Source: Octopus sinensis (taxonomy: Eukaryota). From it: a stretch of 64,000 bases of DNA. Each line of letters opens with the position of its first letter. Within the stretch, counting starts at the first letter, position 1. A program made the translations under genes and the position numbers. The notes below the pieces were generated by a model, which did no database searches, was not told the DNA's origin, and saw nothing but the letters and a program-made list of their open reading frames with translations. Positions 38,041 through 50,352 of this stretch are shown one piece after another. The stretch lies in the NCBI RefSeq assembly GCF_006345805.1, contig NC_043010.1, positions 54,374,001 to 54,438,000 of the forward strand, in the 5' to 3' direction.

Positions 38041-38099
38041 TTGTGTACATGAATGCCTGTCTTATGTGTCTTTAGTTTTAGTATGATGATCTCCTTATC
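38041..38099 (-). other. candidate small exon (paralog 1)
   Basis: Acceptor ctttttggctcatatag, donor caa|gtgagt; phase-0 frame DKEIIILKLKTHKTGIHVH. Confidence 0.25.
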
Positions 38100-38466
38100 C
38101 TATATGAGCCAAAAAGGCAAATGTTGGACAAGCAAGAATCGGGTCTTGAATGGGAATTCAGTAGGAAACCTTTTCAATAAGTTTTATTATTCTTTGTTTA
38201 TCGCCAGTATCGTTTTTAATGAGAATATGATTTCGCATAAAAATAACGAAGAAAATAAACGTATCAATGATAATGTAAATACCTCTAAAATGTCCGTGTT
38301 TATTTCAAATGATAATGCTTATCGTCGCTTATTTAGCGATATTAAAGGACATAAATTATAAAAGCTGTAATTTAATTGTTTGTCTTCTGTCTTCGTGTTA
38401 CGTTTTTTCATTTCGTACCAGAAATAGGGTCATGCCTGTAACAATACTGATAAAAAAAATACTTAC

Positions 38467-38516
38467 TTGTGTACATAAATACCTGTCGTATGCATCTTTA
38501 GCTTTAGTATGATCTC
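38467..38516 (-). other. candidate small exon (paralog 2)
   Basis: Acceptor caacattttcag, donor caa|gtaagt; open as EIILKLKMHTTGIYVH or GDHTKAKDAYDRYLCTQ. Confidence 0.3.
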
Positions 38517-39091
38517 CTGAAAATGTTGGACTATCAAGAAGCATTCCTTGAATGGGAATTAAGTAGGAAACCTTTATATAAATATTAAAAAAAATATTCA
38601 ATACAGTACTGTTTCTACATCGTGGGTTTTCACCTATCGCGGGGGATGGATCGTAGCACATGCAATAATCGAGGGGTTACTGTATACATTCTATTTCCGT
38701 GATATTCAAATACCTAAAATAAAACGTGTATGAATTACATTAAAATCCATCATGATTTCTTGATTTGTATAACTTAAAACATTTCCAGTGTTTTAATTTA
38801 TATTTTCATTTTTAGACTCTACCAAATATAATTTCACCGACCTTATTTCATTTTAATTATTTCACCTACGCTTCATCAAACGAATCATTATAAACTATTG
38901 ACTTCTTCAGTACTTTTCCATCTAAAATTTCGCATTTCAGAATCACATGACAGTCTAAAATATATATTGCGCAGAATACTTTTTGACCAATGTATCTTGC
39001 GATAGCACTTTTTATCATTGCATGTTAGAGATTTCGCTAATTATATATGAATTAGTTCCAGTTTATTTACTCTTTCCCATTCACAACTTAC

Positions 39092-39124
39092 CCAGAGGCA
39101 ACATGGCGTTTGCTTGATCATTTT
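39092..39124 (-). other. candidate 33-nt exon
   Basis: Acceptor taatttcatgcag, donor tgg|gtaagt; two open frames. Confidence 0.3.
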
Positions 39125-40844
39125 CTGCATGAAATTAGATTAATATCATTCAGAGAATCTTCAACCATTTTGCTTTCATCTTTCACCCCTTCATACAGAC
39201 TATGCCTTCAAAGCAGGAAACTATAGCATTAATATAATTAACGGTCACCCGTGGATAATGGCTTCATGCAGCATAAAGTGATTTTTAAATATAATAGTTT
39301 TCTATGACACCTCAGTCATCAGGGATCACAGCCTATACGGAACTGCTGTTTAACGTAGTATTACGCTGCCATCTGGATCTAACTTCATCAAATACCTACT
39401 GGTGAATATGTCTTCTGGCAAACATTTCTCTAATTGAAATCTAGTCCCCTGTTTTTATTTACCTTTCGGCAAACATTTGCAATCTCGTATTATGTAACAA
39501 ATCCATTCTTTAAAGAAACCATCCATTTGTAAGCCTCGACGATCCAGCCGCACGTACTTCACAGAATCAGAAACCCTTTGACACAGCAAGGATAAAATAC
39601 TGGTATCCCTCTTGCCTTTAGCTCGTAAAAGTACATTATTCAATCAAATTTCAATTGATGCCTGTCTCTTATCATACCAGATAAAAGATGCCAGTGGCTG
39701 TTTTCAATAGAACTTTGATATTAACTGTAGTAATCACAAATTCTTTGAAACTTTCAAAATACTTTTCTAGAATCTAAACTGCTAACCCCCACCACCACAC
39801 AAATAAAAATTAAGCTTAGATCTGTATATTCCTTTCAGGTTATCCTATTTGAGATGTTCAAGAGGTTATCAGTACTCATTTTAAACGATTTCCCACTTTG
39901 TTACATTAGTTATTTTAATAAAGCAGAACAATGTCCAAATCTCATTTCTAAAATCATATTAACAATTGGCGGAATCTGATCTGCAAGTTTTCAAATAATG
40001 TATTATTTTTCAGTAGAACTCAATATATTAATCAGTTTAAGATACGAAACTCGGGACTTTTTTTACCCTTCCCTGCAACAACAGTCAAAGAGATTATTTT
40101 GGATACGTATCATCTTTCTCGTATAATCCATAACAGAAATTAATTGTTCTGTACTTAACTAATTTTAACTATTAATTTTCACTAATAGAATTTTCTACTT
40201 TTCATCTAAAGTGTTGATTCATTTGCAATTTCTTACTTAGATAACTTTGAAATCTTAAAATTCTAAATCAATTTATAATTTCCTCGTATTTTATTCTTAC
40301 GTCTATACATTTAAATTGATATCCTGGCAATCAGTTACTTTCATTAACGTACCTTCATTACCTATTAAGTATCTTTCAATTATCTCTTAATTATCCCTTA
40401 ACTATCTTTTATTGAAACTTTCTCGTTCATTACTATCCTTACAGCGTTCGTAGTCTTTTAAGCTAATATTCATTCCAGTTTTCTCATGTATATCTCTGCA
40501 TCCTTATAATTTAGACGTCTTATTGTTTTGCCTTTATCTAAAGTTGAACTAAGGAGTGCTTCGATTTCTAGTAAGAAAACAGTAGTCCTGAATATACCTT
40601 GCACCTGATCTTATCCATCATGCTCGATATTTGTCATTTCTATGCAACGTATTCTTATCCTAAAGTGTAATTTATTTCTTTACTTCATACTCTTTGAATA
40701 TGTTTGCTCATAACTATTACTACTATTATTGTGTGAATAAGAACGAATATGAACATCACTATTACTGTGAAAACTAAAATAAAATAAAATACAGAGCATA
40801 TGTAAAAGTTGCAACGAAAGTTGTTTATTGCTCGGATATACCAA

Positions 40845-40970
40845 AATAGTTTAGTGGTTATTAGATCTATGGGTTTGAAATCATGAGGTTGTGAGTTCGA
40901 TTCCCGAACCGAGCTCTGTCTTGTGTTCTGGAGCAAGATAATTTATTCCACGTTGCTCGAATTAATTAAA
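40845..40970 (+). mobile_element. old tRNA-SINE head fragment
   Basis: tttagtggttattag...gagttcgattcccgaacc...gttctggagcaagata. Confidence 0.6.
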
Positions 40971-41364
40971 CCTTAAAAGCAGGTTCCAATGCCACTGGTG
41001 CCAAGCTGCACCAGCCTACGTGTTTCTCTTGGAGAGGTGAGATTGGTATTCATGGACAACTTCTGATCATCCACATTGTATAACGCCCGAAAAATTCTGC
41101 CTCACAACACCTCTTCATAATAAGCAGTTGAAGGTAAATAGCAATGAACATAGGTCCCTTTGTGTAATTTAACTTAGAATTTCTAATCTAAAATATCAAA
41201 ATACATAACAAGGGCCTGTAATATAAACCGCTCAAAGTTACGTAGAGTAGAATAAATTTAGAATAACTGAAAATCAGCCCAAAATATGCACAGCACGTTG
41301 TGTCGTGATTACGCATAGAAGTAAAATAATATTGCTATATTGTTGTTCTTATTGCTGTTGATTT

Positions 41365-41495
<131 letters not shown>

Positions 41496-41519
41496 ATTTC
41501 CGTTTTGTATCTCTTTCCA

Positions 41520-41900
41520 TTGCGTTGATGTGCTATTCTTGCTGTAAACATCAGCTTCTATTTCTATTTCACGTCACCATACGCTAGTAAATCCTGTAAG
41601 ATCTTTCGGCGGTCATATTCAATTACAGCTTCTGGCCTGTTGTGGTAGGCTTTGTAACTTAATTTTCTTGTAATGTCCCTCTATATTTTCCTTACTTAAT
41701 TGTATCTATGTTTGAAACTTTTTTTGTTTGGCATTTTGCTTCTTTCACACGTCATATGATTGGCAATATCGACAAATTTGTCACAGATCAGACACTACTA
41801 GCTCTTCATCGAGATTTTTTCTAATCGATTAACATTGGTCAGGAATATATAATATGTCTGTTTCTGGTTTATATCCCATTCTTTCAATCAAACCCACTAA
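41520..41900 (-). mobile_element. highly degenerate R4/Dong-like LINE fragment (zinc knuckle to RLE linker)
   Basis: One frame from 41794 reads CLICDKFVDIANHMTCERSKMPNKKSFKHRYN*VRKI*RDITRK...YHNRPEAVIEYDRRKILQDL, matching the CxxC...H...RH..V...W...H.PE.V.EN...KILWDF pattern. Confidence 0.65.
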
Positions 41901-42825
41901 TCCATCGTCTACTGTAAGTACTCTGGATAAAACTGCTCCTGCTACTAAGGTTTTCTAGTTTCAATATTGTTTCCAAAGCATTTGTTGTATTTGTAAATTT
42001 TGTACAGCTACAAATTCCCCACCAATCCAGTATCACCGCAATTGTAAACTTTTGTTCGCATTTCCAAATATACATTCGTATTAGTTCTCACATATTACTT
42101 CAGAGGTGTTCGAACAGCACATATTAAATTGTATAGTCTCCTCGGCTGGTGGCGCTGAAACAGTGTTAGAACACTTAAGTTATATTCACAGGCACCGTAT
42201 ATCTATAGCGAATTATTCGCAGAAGGGCGATTAAAATCAGAATGAAAATATTTTTTGAAAGATGGTGTTACATGTAAATCTATGCAGTCGATAATCCCCG
42301 ATTAAACATGAATCTCGATCATCATACAACTATAAGTTTACTCCATCGCCATCAATGATACTTTCTGTGGTATATTAAGTCACTATATCTGGGAGATCAG
42401 GAGATTTTCGATACAGGATGTTATTCGTTAGGGGTAACGTACCATAATTTAAATTTTGAATCGATTAAAACTTGTGGGAAATATTTCATGGTATGTATGT
42501 TGCCAACAAAATATTTCTGAATATACCCGTTAGATCTTTATTCTAGATGGCAAGTATATAAATATTTTGTTATTCTTAACAAATAAAACAACAGAAGAGC
42601 AAAATGTAGCAGTATGAATATAACGATTACTTTATTTTCCCAAGCATAAATGTGCTGTGAAGATTATTTTTTAAACAGAATTGACTCTCTTAAACGTATA
42701 AAAGGCTCACCTAGTAAGATGAATGAGAGTGACATATAAATTGACGTCTCCAAAACATATACACTCCATCTAACAGTATCAGCCGTTCACACAATTTTAA
42801 CTAAACTACAGATGGAATATTGTAA

Positions 42826-43212
42826 GTGTGGAAGCACTCCGTCGGTAACGATGATGAGGGTTTGGGTTGATCCGATCAACGGAACAGCCTGCTCGTGAAA
42901 TTAACGTGTACGTGGCTGAGCGCTCCACAGACACGTGTACCCTTAACGTAGTTCTCGGGGATATTCAGCGTGACACAGAGAGTGACAAGGCCGGCCCTTT
43001 GAAATACAGGTACAACAGAAGCAGGGAGTAAGAGTGAGAGAAAGTTGTGGTGAAAGAGTACAGCAGGGATCACCACCATCCCCTGCCGGAGCGTCGTGGA
43101 GCCTTAGGTGTTTTCGCTCAATAAACACTCACAACGCCCGGTCTGGGAATCGAAACCGCGATCCTATGACCGCGAGTCCGCTGCCCTAACCACTGGGCCA
43201 TTGCGCCTCCAC
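42826..43212 (-). mobile_element. group B SINE with a different 3' half and a 12-bp TSD
   Basis: Same tRNA head and centre as the V-tail copies; TSD ggaatattgtaa at 42814-42825 and 43213-43224. Confidence 0.92.
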
Positions 43213-43794
43213 GGAATATTGTAACACACTACATTAGAACAGAACTTACATTAAGATAAGACGTCGTAAATTATAATCATTGCGAATCACGTATAGCACA
43301 AGGTAGATATATTTTCTCTCAAGAAATCTTATCAGAAATAAGCGTCTTCCCAGTTAAGGTTGTAGAATGAAATTTCAATAATTTACGAATTAGAAAATTA
43401 TACTTATCAGAGGTCATCGTTCGCCATGGAAGAGATGACAATATTATAGCATATCAGCAGTATAGTTTCGGATGTGACCTATAGAGCCCACGCACTATGT
43501 TATTAAGTTAGGCCTGTTACGGCATAAGATAACGATTTTCGTAGAGTCGAAGCTTAATAATTTCATTTCTCGTTATTTCTCCTTCAGATAAGGGCTTGTT
43601 AACGTTGATATATTTGATATACTTATGCATGTCCAACTTCCCATTTTTAATTGGATTATTATTGGATTCCCATTATTACCAACGCTAACTCACACAATCA
43701 ATAGCTTAGTTTCAAAGCATATCGGAAAAAAAAACTGTCTCTCTCTTTGTCCCTCTCTCTCTCTCTACTATTCTGTACAGAGGGAAGAGTGCAA

Positions 43795-43841
<47 letters not shown>

Positions 43842-44609
43842 TATATGGTGAGAATGCGAAAGATTTGGGAAGAATGCAAAACCACACATACACACACACA
43901 TACACACACACATACACATATATAGTGTGAGTGTGTGTGGATGCGAAAGAGGAGGAAAGCATGTATATATGACCTAAATACTGATATATGTATACCTGTA
44001 TGTATGTAAGTACATAAGTATATATGTGTATACGTCCCTGCATGTATTGTATATATGCGTGTGGTATGTGTTCCTACGCGTTTGTGTGTATATATATATG
44101 TGCGTGAAATATCCACTACAATAAATTGTCTTTACCATGTTCATGGTTATACCGCCATTACTACGCTGCATCCTATATATTTTATCCTTTTTGACAACTC
44201 ATCTATTTTCATTCTCATCTTTTTTTTTTAATTTCATGAAATGCTGAAAGTTACAATGTCTAATGATCGGGACACAATAATCAGGGACCCTGAGATGGCA
44301 CAAGATTCCAAGATTATAAAACTAGTAATATCGTTTCTAATACGAATCTGTTCTTTAATTGAGTTAACAAAAAAGTGAATATTCCAATTTTGGCAATCAA
44401 TTTAACTTGAATGATTTTCTTTTATGATACAGTAGATAGATATATGAGGGCCAATCAGATGCTATTTCTGGTAGATTGCGCGAAAACGTATATGTGGGAC
44501 GACGCTTAATGCTGATACGTCACCTTCCATTTTTTCAAACGTCATTTCAACAGCAATGCAACCGCCACCAAAAATAACAGCTACAACAATAACAACAACA
44601 ATAATATTG

Positions 44610-44820
44610 GCTTCAAATTTTGGAAGAGGATCAAACAGAATGTTCGGGAAAGGAACTCACTCGATTACGTCGACACCAGTCGTTAAATATTACTTCCTTT
44701 ATCGACCCTGATAGGGTAAAAGCAAGGTCTACCATGGCTGTATGCGAACTCTAAACGAAAAGACAGACGAAAAGCTGCAAACATTTTGCCCGGCGTTTTA
44801 ATGATTCTGCCAGCACACCG
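44610..44820 (-). mobile_element. group A SINE, old copy
   Basis: tcgattacgtcgacaccag...tttatcgaccctgataggg...ttttgcccggcg. Confidence 0.65.
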
Positions 44821-45504
44821 CATTTCTAACAACAACTTCCATTATTTTTTTGTGCTGGTAAATCATTTATCACTATCTTTCATATTGGTGTTGGCTAAAT
44901 ACATCGCAGGATTTGTTCCAATTGCTAGTGCTCTGAGATCGAATTCTTTAATAGCGTGCTGTCTTCCATGTTTGCCGCGTGATCGAAATATCCGTCGATC
45001 AGTGGAGCTACCAGAATTGATAATCTCTAGTATTTTACTATGTAAAATCAAATTTCTTTGCGGTCTTCTTAGAGGACAATGTTAATCCGTCATTTGTTTT
45101 AATATCACGACCATGTACTTTTGGTAACTTCAAGAGAAGTTATTATCAAAATTATCCAGGCCAATTCTTTTGTTTCACCATACAGTCTTCTTTCTCTTCT
45201 GCAAGCTCGGGCTTTCTGTGGTAAATCTTGAGCATATACTCAGCTCCTGACTAAAAAATATAACAGCCTGCAACATAATCTAATACATCTGCATTTCTTT
45301 ACATGTTCATAATATTACAGGGTGTGAAAACCACAGGGAATCTACCAGGTAAATTGACGTTATTTTATGAGCGAGAAATTACAATCTCACTGGTCTGGGT
45401 GATTTTTATCAGCCCTCCCATGCGCCGACCAAGGAATATGACCAAATACACTGCTTCTATGAGCAACACATCATTTTGACAATACAATATATCTTGGCAC
45501 ACAG

Positions 45505-45921
45505 AAGGCGGAGAGCTGGCAGAGACGTTAGCACTCCGGGCGAAATGCGTAGCCGTATTTCGTCTGACGTTACGTTGTGAGTTCAAATTCCGCCGAGGTC
45601 GACTTTACCTTTCATCCTTTCGGGGTCGATAAATAAAGTACCAGTTACGCACTGGGTCGATGTAATCTACTTAATCCCTTTGTCTGTCCTTGTTTGTCCC
45701 TTCTATGTTTAGTCCCTTGTGGGTAGTAATGAAATAGGTATTTCGTCTGTCGTTACGTTCTGAGTTCAAATTCAAATTCTGAGATCAAATTTGCCTTTCA
45801 TTCTTTCGGGGTCGATAAAGAAAGTACCAGAATCGCACTGGGTCGATGTAATCGACTTAATTCCTTTGTCTGTCCTTGTTTTACCCCTCTTTGTTTAGAC
45901 CTTTGTGGGTAGTAAAGAAAT
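45505..45921 (+). mobile_element. dimeric group A SINE with an 18-bp TSD
   Basis: Head plus two bodies; atatatcttggcacacag at 45487-45504 and 45922-45939. Confidence 0.92.
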
Positions 45922-46779
45922 ATATATCTTGGCACACAGGATCATAAGTACGCTCTTTTCATTAACACGGTAGGTTAAAGGTGTTCATAGTTCGTCAGCC
46001 TTTGTGTCTGTTAGCACTTAGATCCAGGAGCAATGTTGTTGCTAGTAAAGTTTTTATAAATTTCCTATGTTATTTTATCCGCCTTGTCTTCTTTATTGTA
46101 GGTTAAAAGAAAAAAACTGTTTCTGTATTTAGTTTCATGCTCTTTACAATTCCGATTTTATCTGACACCCACTTAAAGATGATGAAAATTTCTAAAGACT
46201 GCACTAATTTAAGTGTCCAGTTCTATTTTGCCATGAAATCAATTTGTTACATTTTGTTCTATAAAGATTAACACAATTCTAAAGACGAACCAAAACAAAA
46301 TGGGGAAAATAATAAAATAATATCAACAAAGAAGACACACACATACATATATAAATCGACATTCGAGAAACTTGAGTTGGTTTCGTGAACATTATTTTAT
46401 ATCATTATTAGTTACTTCAGGCAACAACAAAATCTATTTTTACTCCGGTCATTCGCTCACATATTATTTATTTGTATAAAAACATTCTATTAAATATATA
46501 TATATATTTATACTTCTTTGCGGTTGATTTAGCTTTGAAATGATATTTTTTGCATCGTCCATATATGTGTTACTATTAAAACATTATTACTGCACTGTTT
46601 TGTATTCGCTTCACTATTAATATTATGAGTGGCATCACGATAGGCTGTGAGCCGGCAGGTTAGTTGACACTACGGTGTATTTTTTTTCTCGACATTTATT
46701 TCAGCGAACATTATAAGTTCAAATACCGTCTAGGGCTACTTTGCCTTTTTGTCGTCCTATAGTAAAATATATAATTCTT

Positions 46780-46970
46780 TACTGCCCATAAGAGGCTAAA
46801 CATAGAGGGAACAGACAAAGGAATACGTCGATTACATCGACTTCGTGCGTAACTGGTACTTATTTAATCGATCCCGAAAGGATGAAAGGCAAATCGACCT
46901 CGGCGGAATTTGAACTTAGAACCTAACGTCAGGCGAAATACCGCTAAATATTTCGCCCGGCGAGATAACG
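46780..46970 (-). mobile_element. group A SINE
   Basis: gtcgattacatcgac...cccgaaaggatgaaaggcaaatcgacctcggcggaatttgaac. Confidence 0.85.
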
Positions 46971-47009
46971 TTTTTTTTATTTCTTTAGTGTTTCATAATC
47001 TGGAATTGT

Positions 47010-47624
47010 GGATCTTTTGAACGGCAGACAATTTTTAGTTAACTAAACACTTTAAAACTTCGTATACTGGTAGAATGTGTCAAAATAAACATTTTTTTCT
47101 CTTGGCTTTCTTGAGAAACGTGTAATTTGTTTGTTTAACGTAATTTAATTTTTCAAATTTTAACCAATCCTATGCTCTCTTTTGAGCTAAAATCATTTGC
47201 TGCGCCTAAAACTGAGACAACATCGTGTAACTAACCCTAAACCTCCCCCTAACCCTAAATTTTTTTCTTAATTGTTAAATTAATTTAATTGTTACGCGTG
47301 TAAAAAAACTAAAGCAATGGAATTTAACAAATAAGAAAGAAAATTAGGGTTAGGGTTAGGGTTAGGGGGAAGGTTTAGGGTTAGTTACATGATGTCTCAG
47401 TTTTAGACGCAGTAAATGATTTTAGTTGAATGGCGGTAATCGATTGGTTAAAATTGCCGAAATGCTCGGATTTTCAGACGAAATAACTTACAAACTATAG
47501 AATTTTCTCAAAAAAACCAAGAGAAAATGATGTTTTATAAATACATTCTACTAGTATACGAAATTTAAAAGTGTTTATTAACTAGAAATTGTGTTGACAT
47601 CTGCCGTTCAAAAGGAAAAGATCC
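47010..47624. mobile_element. long-TIR non-autonomous DNA element with internal TTAGGG/CCCTAA repeats
   Basis: Arms of about 270 bp start ggatcttttgaacggcag and end ctgccgttcaaaaggaaaagatcc; inner ends carry aaccctaaacc...ccctaa / ttagggttagggttaggg. Confidence 0.8.
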
Positions 47625-47804
47625 GAAATTGTTTTTTTGTTTGTTTGCTAATTAAAAACGTTTGTTGTATTTCCCTATTTTCTTCATACATGCTAAAATA
47701 GCTGATTTGAGAAAAAAATTGATATTAATTTTTCATTCAACAAGCAATTTATATTATATATGTGTCGCTTCACGCTCATTTGTTGGATTTTGTATTTAGT
47801 ATTG

Positions 47805-48010
47805 GTTTCCAATTTCGGCACACGGCCAGAGATTAGTGAGGCAAGCGTAAGTCAACTATCACGGCTCCAATGCTCAACTGCTGCTTGTATTATTGACCCT
47901 GAAACTATGAAAGGCAAAGTCGACTTCGACGGAATTTGATGTCAGAACGTAAAGGCGGAGGAAATGACACCAAGCAGTTTCTCGGATTTGCTAACTGTCT
48001 TGTCAACTCG
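47805..48010 (-). mobile_element. group A SINE, diverged
   Basis: atgaaaggcaaagtcgacttcgacggaatttgatgtcagaacgtaaag. Confidence 0.75.
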
Positions 48011-48059
48011 CCATTTTTGTGTATTATGTAAATGAAAATAAGAAGCTGAGGAAATTTAC

Positions 48060-48093
48060 GAAAACGGAAACTGGAAGAAGCCCGTCGTATATT

Positions 48094-48172
<79 letters not shown>

Positions 48173-48362
48173 GTGTAATTCATTTATGTGTATTTCTGTG
48201 TTTGTCGACCCCCACCGCCATCGATTGACTGTCAATGCTGGTGCCTTTATGTCCCTGCAGTCTAGCGGTTCGGCAAACGAGACTGATCGAATAAATACTG
48301 GGCTTACATAGAAGAAGTCATGGGGTCTTATTATTAAGACGGTTCTCCAGCCTGGCCGCAGT
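48060..48362 (+). mobile_element. group C SINE 3' half
   Basis: cggaaactggaagaagcccgtcg, a (TG)n linker, then ctccagcctggccgcagtc. Confidence 0.8.
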
Positions 48363-48405
48363 CGAATTGGCGTTGTAAGGTACCGCACGAGTGGAATTAT
48401 ATACG

Positions 48406-48601
48406 AAAGAAGGTTTGAAAATGCAATTTTAAAAGGTGTTTATTTACTTTACTGGTTTCACTCTGGTCCACCATGATATCGTAAAGGACTATTTACTATT
48501 TCTTGAAATAGTAAATAGTCTTTTACGATAACATGGTGGACCAGACTGAAACCGATAAAGTAAATAAACATATTTTAAAATTGCATTTTGAAACCTTCTT
48601 T
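48406..48601. repeat. 196-bp palindrome with a 2-nt loop
   Basis: Arms 48406-48502 and 48505-48601 are reverse complements with few mismatches. Confidence 0.9.
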
Positions 48602-48975
48602 AGTATATATATATTCGTCATATGCTTTTGTTATTTCTCTCTAAATGAACACAAAAATGATGTCGCTTTCAAAATATATGCACCATATAATTCACTATAT
48701 AGCGATTCCTTCAGCCCGATCATAACGAAATAATTATTTTATTGTCGAAATCACTAATGTAAACTGTAGCGAATGTCTAGAGATCTTGCAAAAAATGCCA
48801 CACAGATGAGAAACCGCAATATATAGAGATATTTATCTATTAACTTAAAAAAAAAAGGGTATATTATTATATAGCACTAAAATTACTTAGGCATTTTAAA
48901 TATAGGGATACAACGGGATTAACGATTCCCAAAATTACTAATGCATTCCTATGAAATATAGAGACATGAACACAG

Positions 48976-49029
<54 letters not shown>

Positions 49030-49609
49030 ACACACACAAACACACACATTTCATTATTTAAGTATCGGGGCTTATATGTCTCAATGGTTCCGCGTATATG
49101 ATTCTGTGAAGATATACCTTGCCGAACAATTTCTACCGGTATTTCTTTCTCGACCGCATATAACTATAAATATATTTATTTCACTAGCTAAAACTTTCAC
49201 TAGACATATACATTTGAAAAGCCTATGACACATGTAACTCGCACACTGAATCTTTTCAGTATACCGCGTTGTTACATATATTTGTCAGTACTAGATTTAA
49301 TCGTTCTATACTCAGAAACAATTAAAATTGCCTTACGTTATATATCTATAAACGTTAAATTTTCTGTCAGGAGCAAGTGATATTTTTCTATATACAAATT
49401 TGATTATTTGCAGTCACCTGTATGCAAATACCACACGAAATAGTGCTAGGGTGCTGACGCCCAACAATTTACCACTTCAGTAAAAAGAATTATGTATGTG
49501 TGTATGTGTTACTTACGAATATATATATGTATACATACAACGCACCTACACAAATGCAGTAATGTATATATATATATATGAGACGCCATGATAGATAGTT
49601 AGTCACTAC

Positions 49610-49767
49610 ACACATTTTTTCTCTCTTTGTTTTTTCTGTGTCCCTTTCTGTAGAAGAGCGCAGGCTCGAATAGTAAAAGACTTTTTCTATTCCTAAGCGT
49701 TATACTAATACACCTGTTTGTTTTAGCCACACCTGTCTTCGACTTTTGTTTTTTTTCGTAAACTCTC

Positions 49768-49815
<48 letters not shown>

Positions 49816-49875
49816 TCTATCTTTTATGGTTTTCAGTCAGAGGCTGAGGCCATGATGCCGCATATATATATATAT

Positions 49876-49941
<66 letters not shown>

Positions 49942-50110
49942 TATAGGGAGAATTCACAAAAAATCCAAAAAACACAAGTCGAAGACCGGTAGTGTAATCA
50001 AGCAACAGATGTATTAATATAACGCTCGGGAAGTGAAAAAGTCTTTAACGATTCGAGCCTACGCCCTTCCATAGAAATGAACACAGGAAGAAACACAGAG
50101 AAGGGGAGAT
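49610..50110. mobile_element. two family D elements converging on one (TA)n tract (+ 49610-49769; - 49946-50110)
   Basis: ctgtagaagagcgcaggctcgaatagtaaaagac on + and its diverged reverse complement gtctttaacgattcgagcctacgccc. Confidence 0.75.
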
Positions 50111-50208
50111 AATAACGTGGTGGTGATCCTAAAACGAAGGTGCGCGGGCGTATTATAAGAGAGATTTATGTGCGTGGAAACAGGGATAGTGATCTCTCTC
50201 TCTCTCTC

Positions 50209-50285
<77 letters not shown>

Positions 50286-50352
50286 CGAGTGAGTGCTCCA
50301 ACGAAAGGAAAGGACGCTCAACGTTTATAATCGCAGTTACATGTATTATACG

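Larger units (their letters stand above)
37755..38575. repeat. tandem duplication, period about 421 bp
   Basis: aatatgattt...gaaaataaacgtatcaatgataatgtaaat...gtaggaaaccttt occurs twice. Confidence 0.92.

Noticed and set aside
43140-43212. tRNA-like sequences at SINE heads
   Set aside because: They are Pol III heads continuous with SINE bodies and lack proper cloverleaf ends; not tRNA genes.
44863-45330. Higher-complexity stretch with short open frames on both strands
   Set aside because: No consistent frame or recognisable protein motif; possibly an ancient TE.
47340-47390. TTAGGG repeats as a telomere remnant
   Set aside because: Only a few units, mirrored in the opposite arm of a TIR element.
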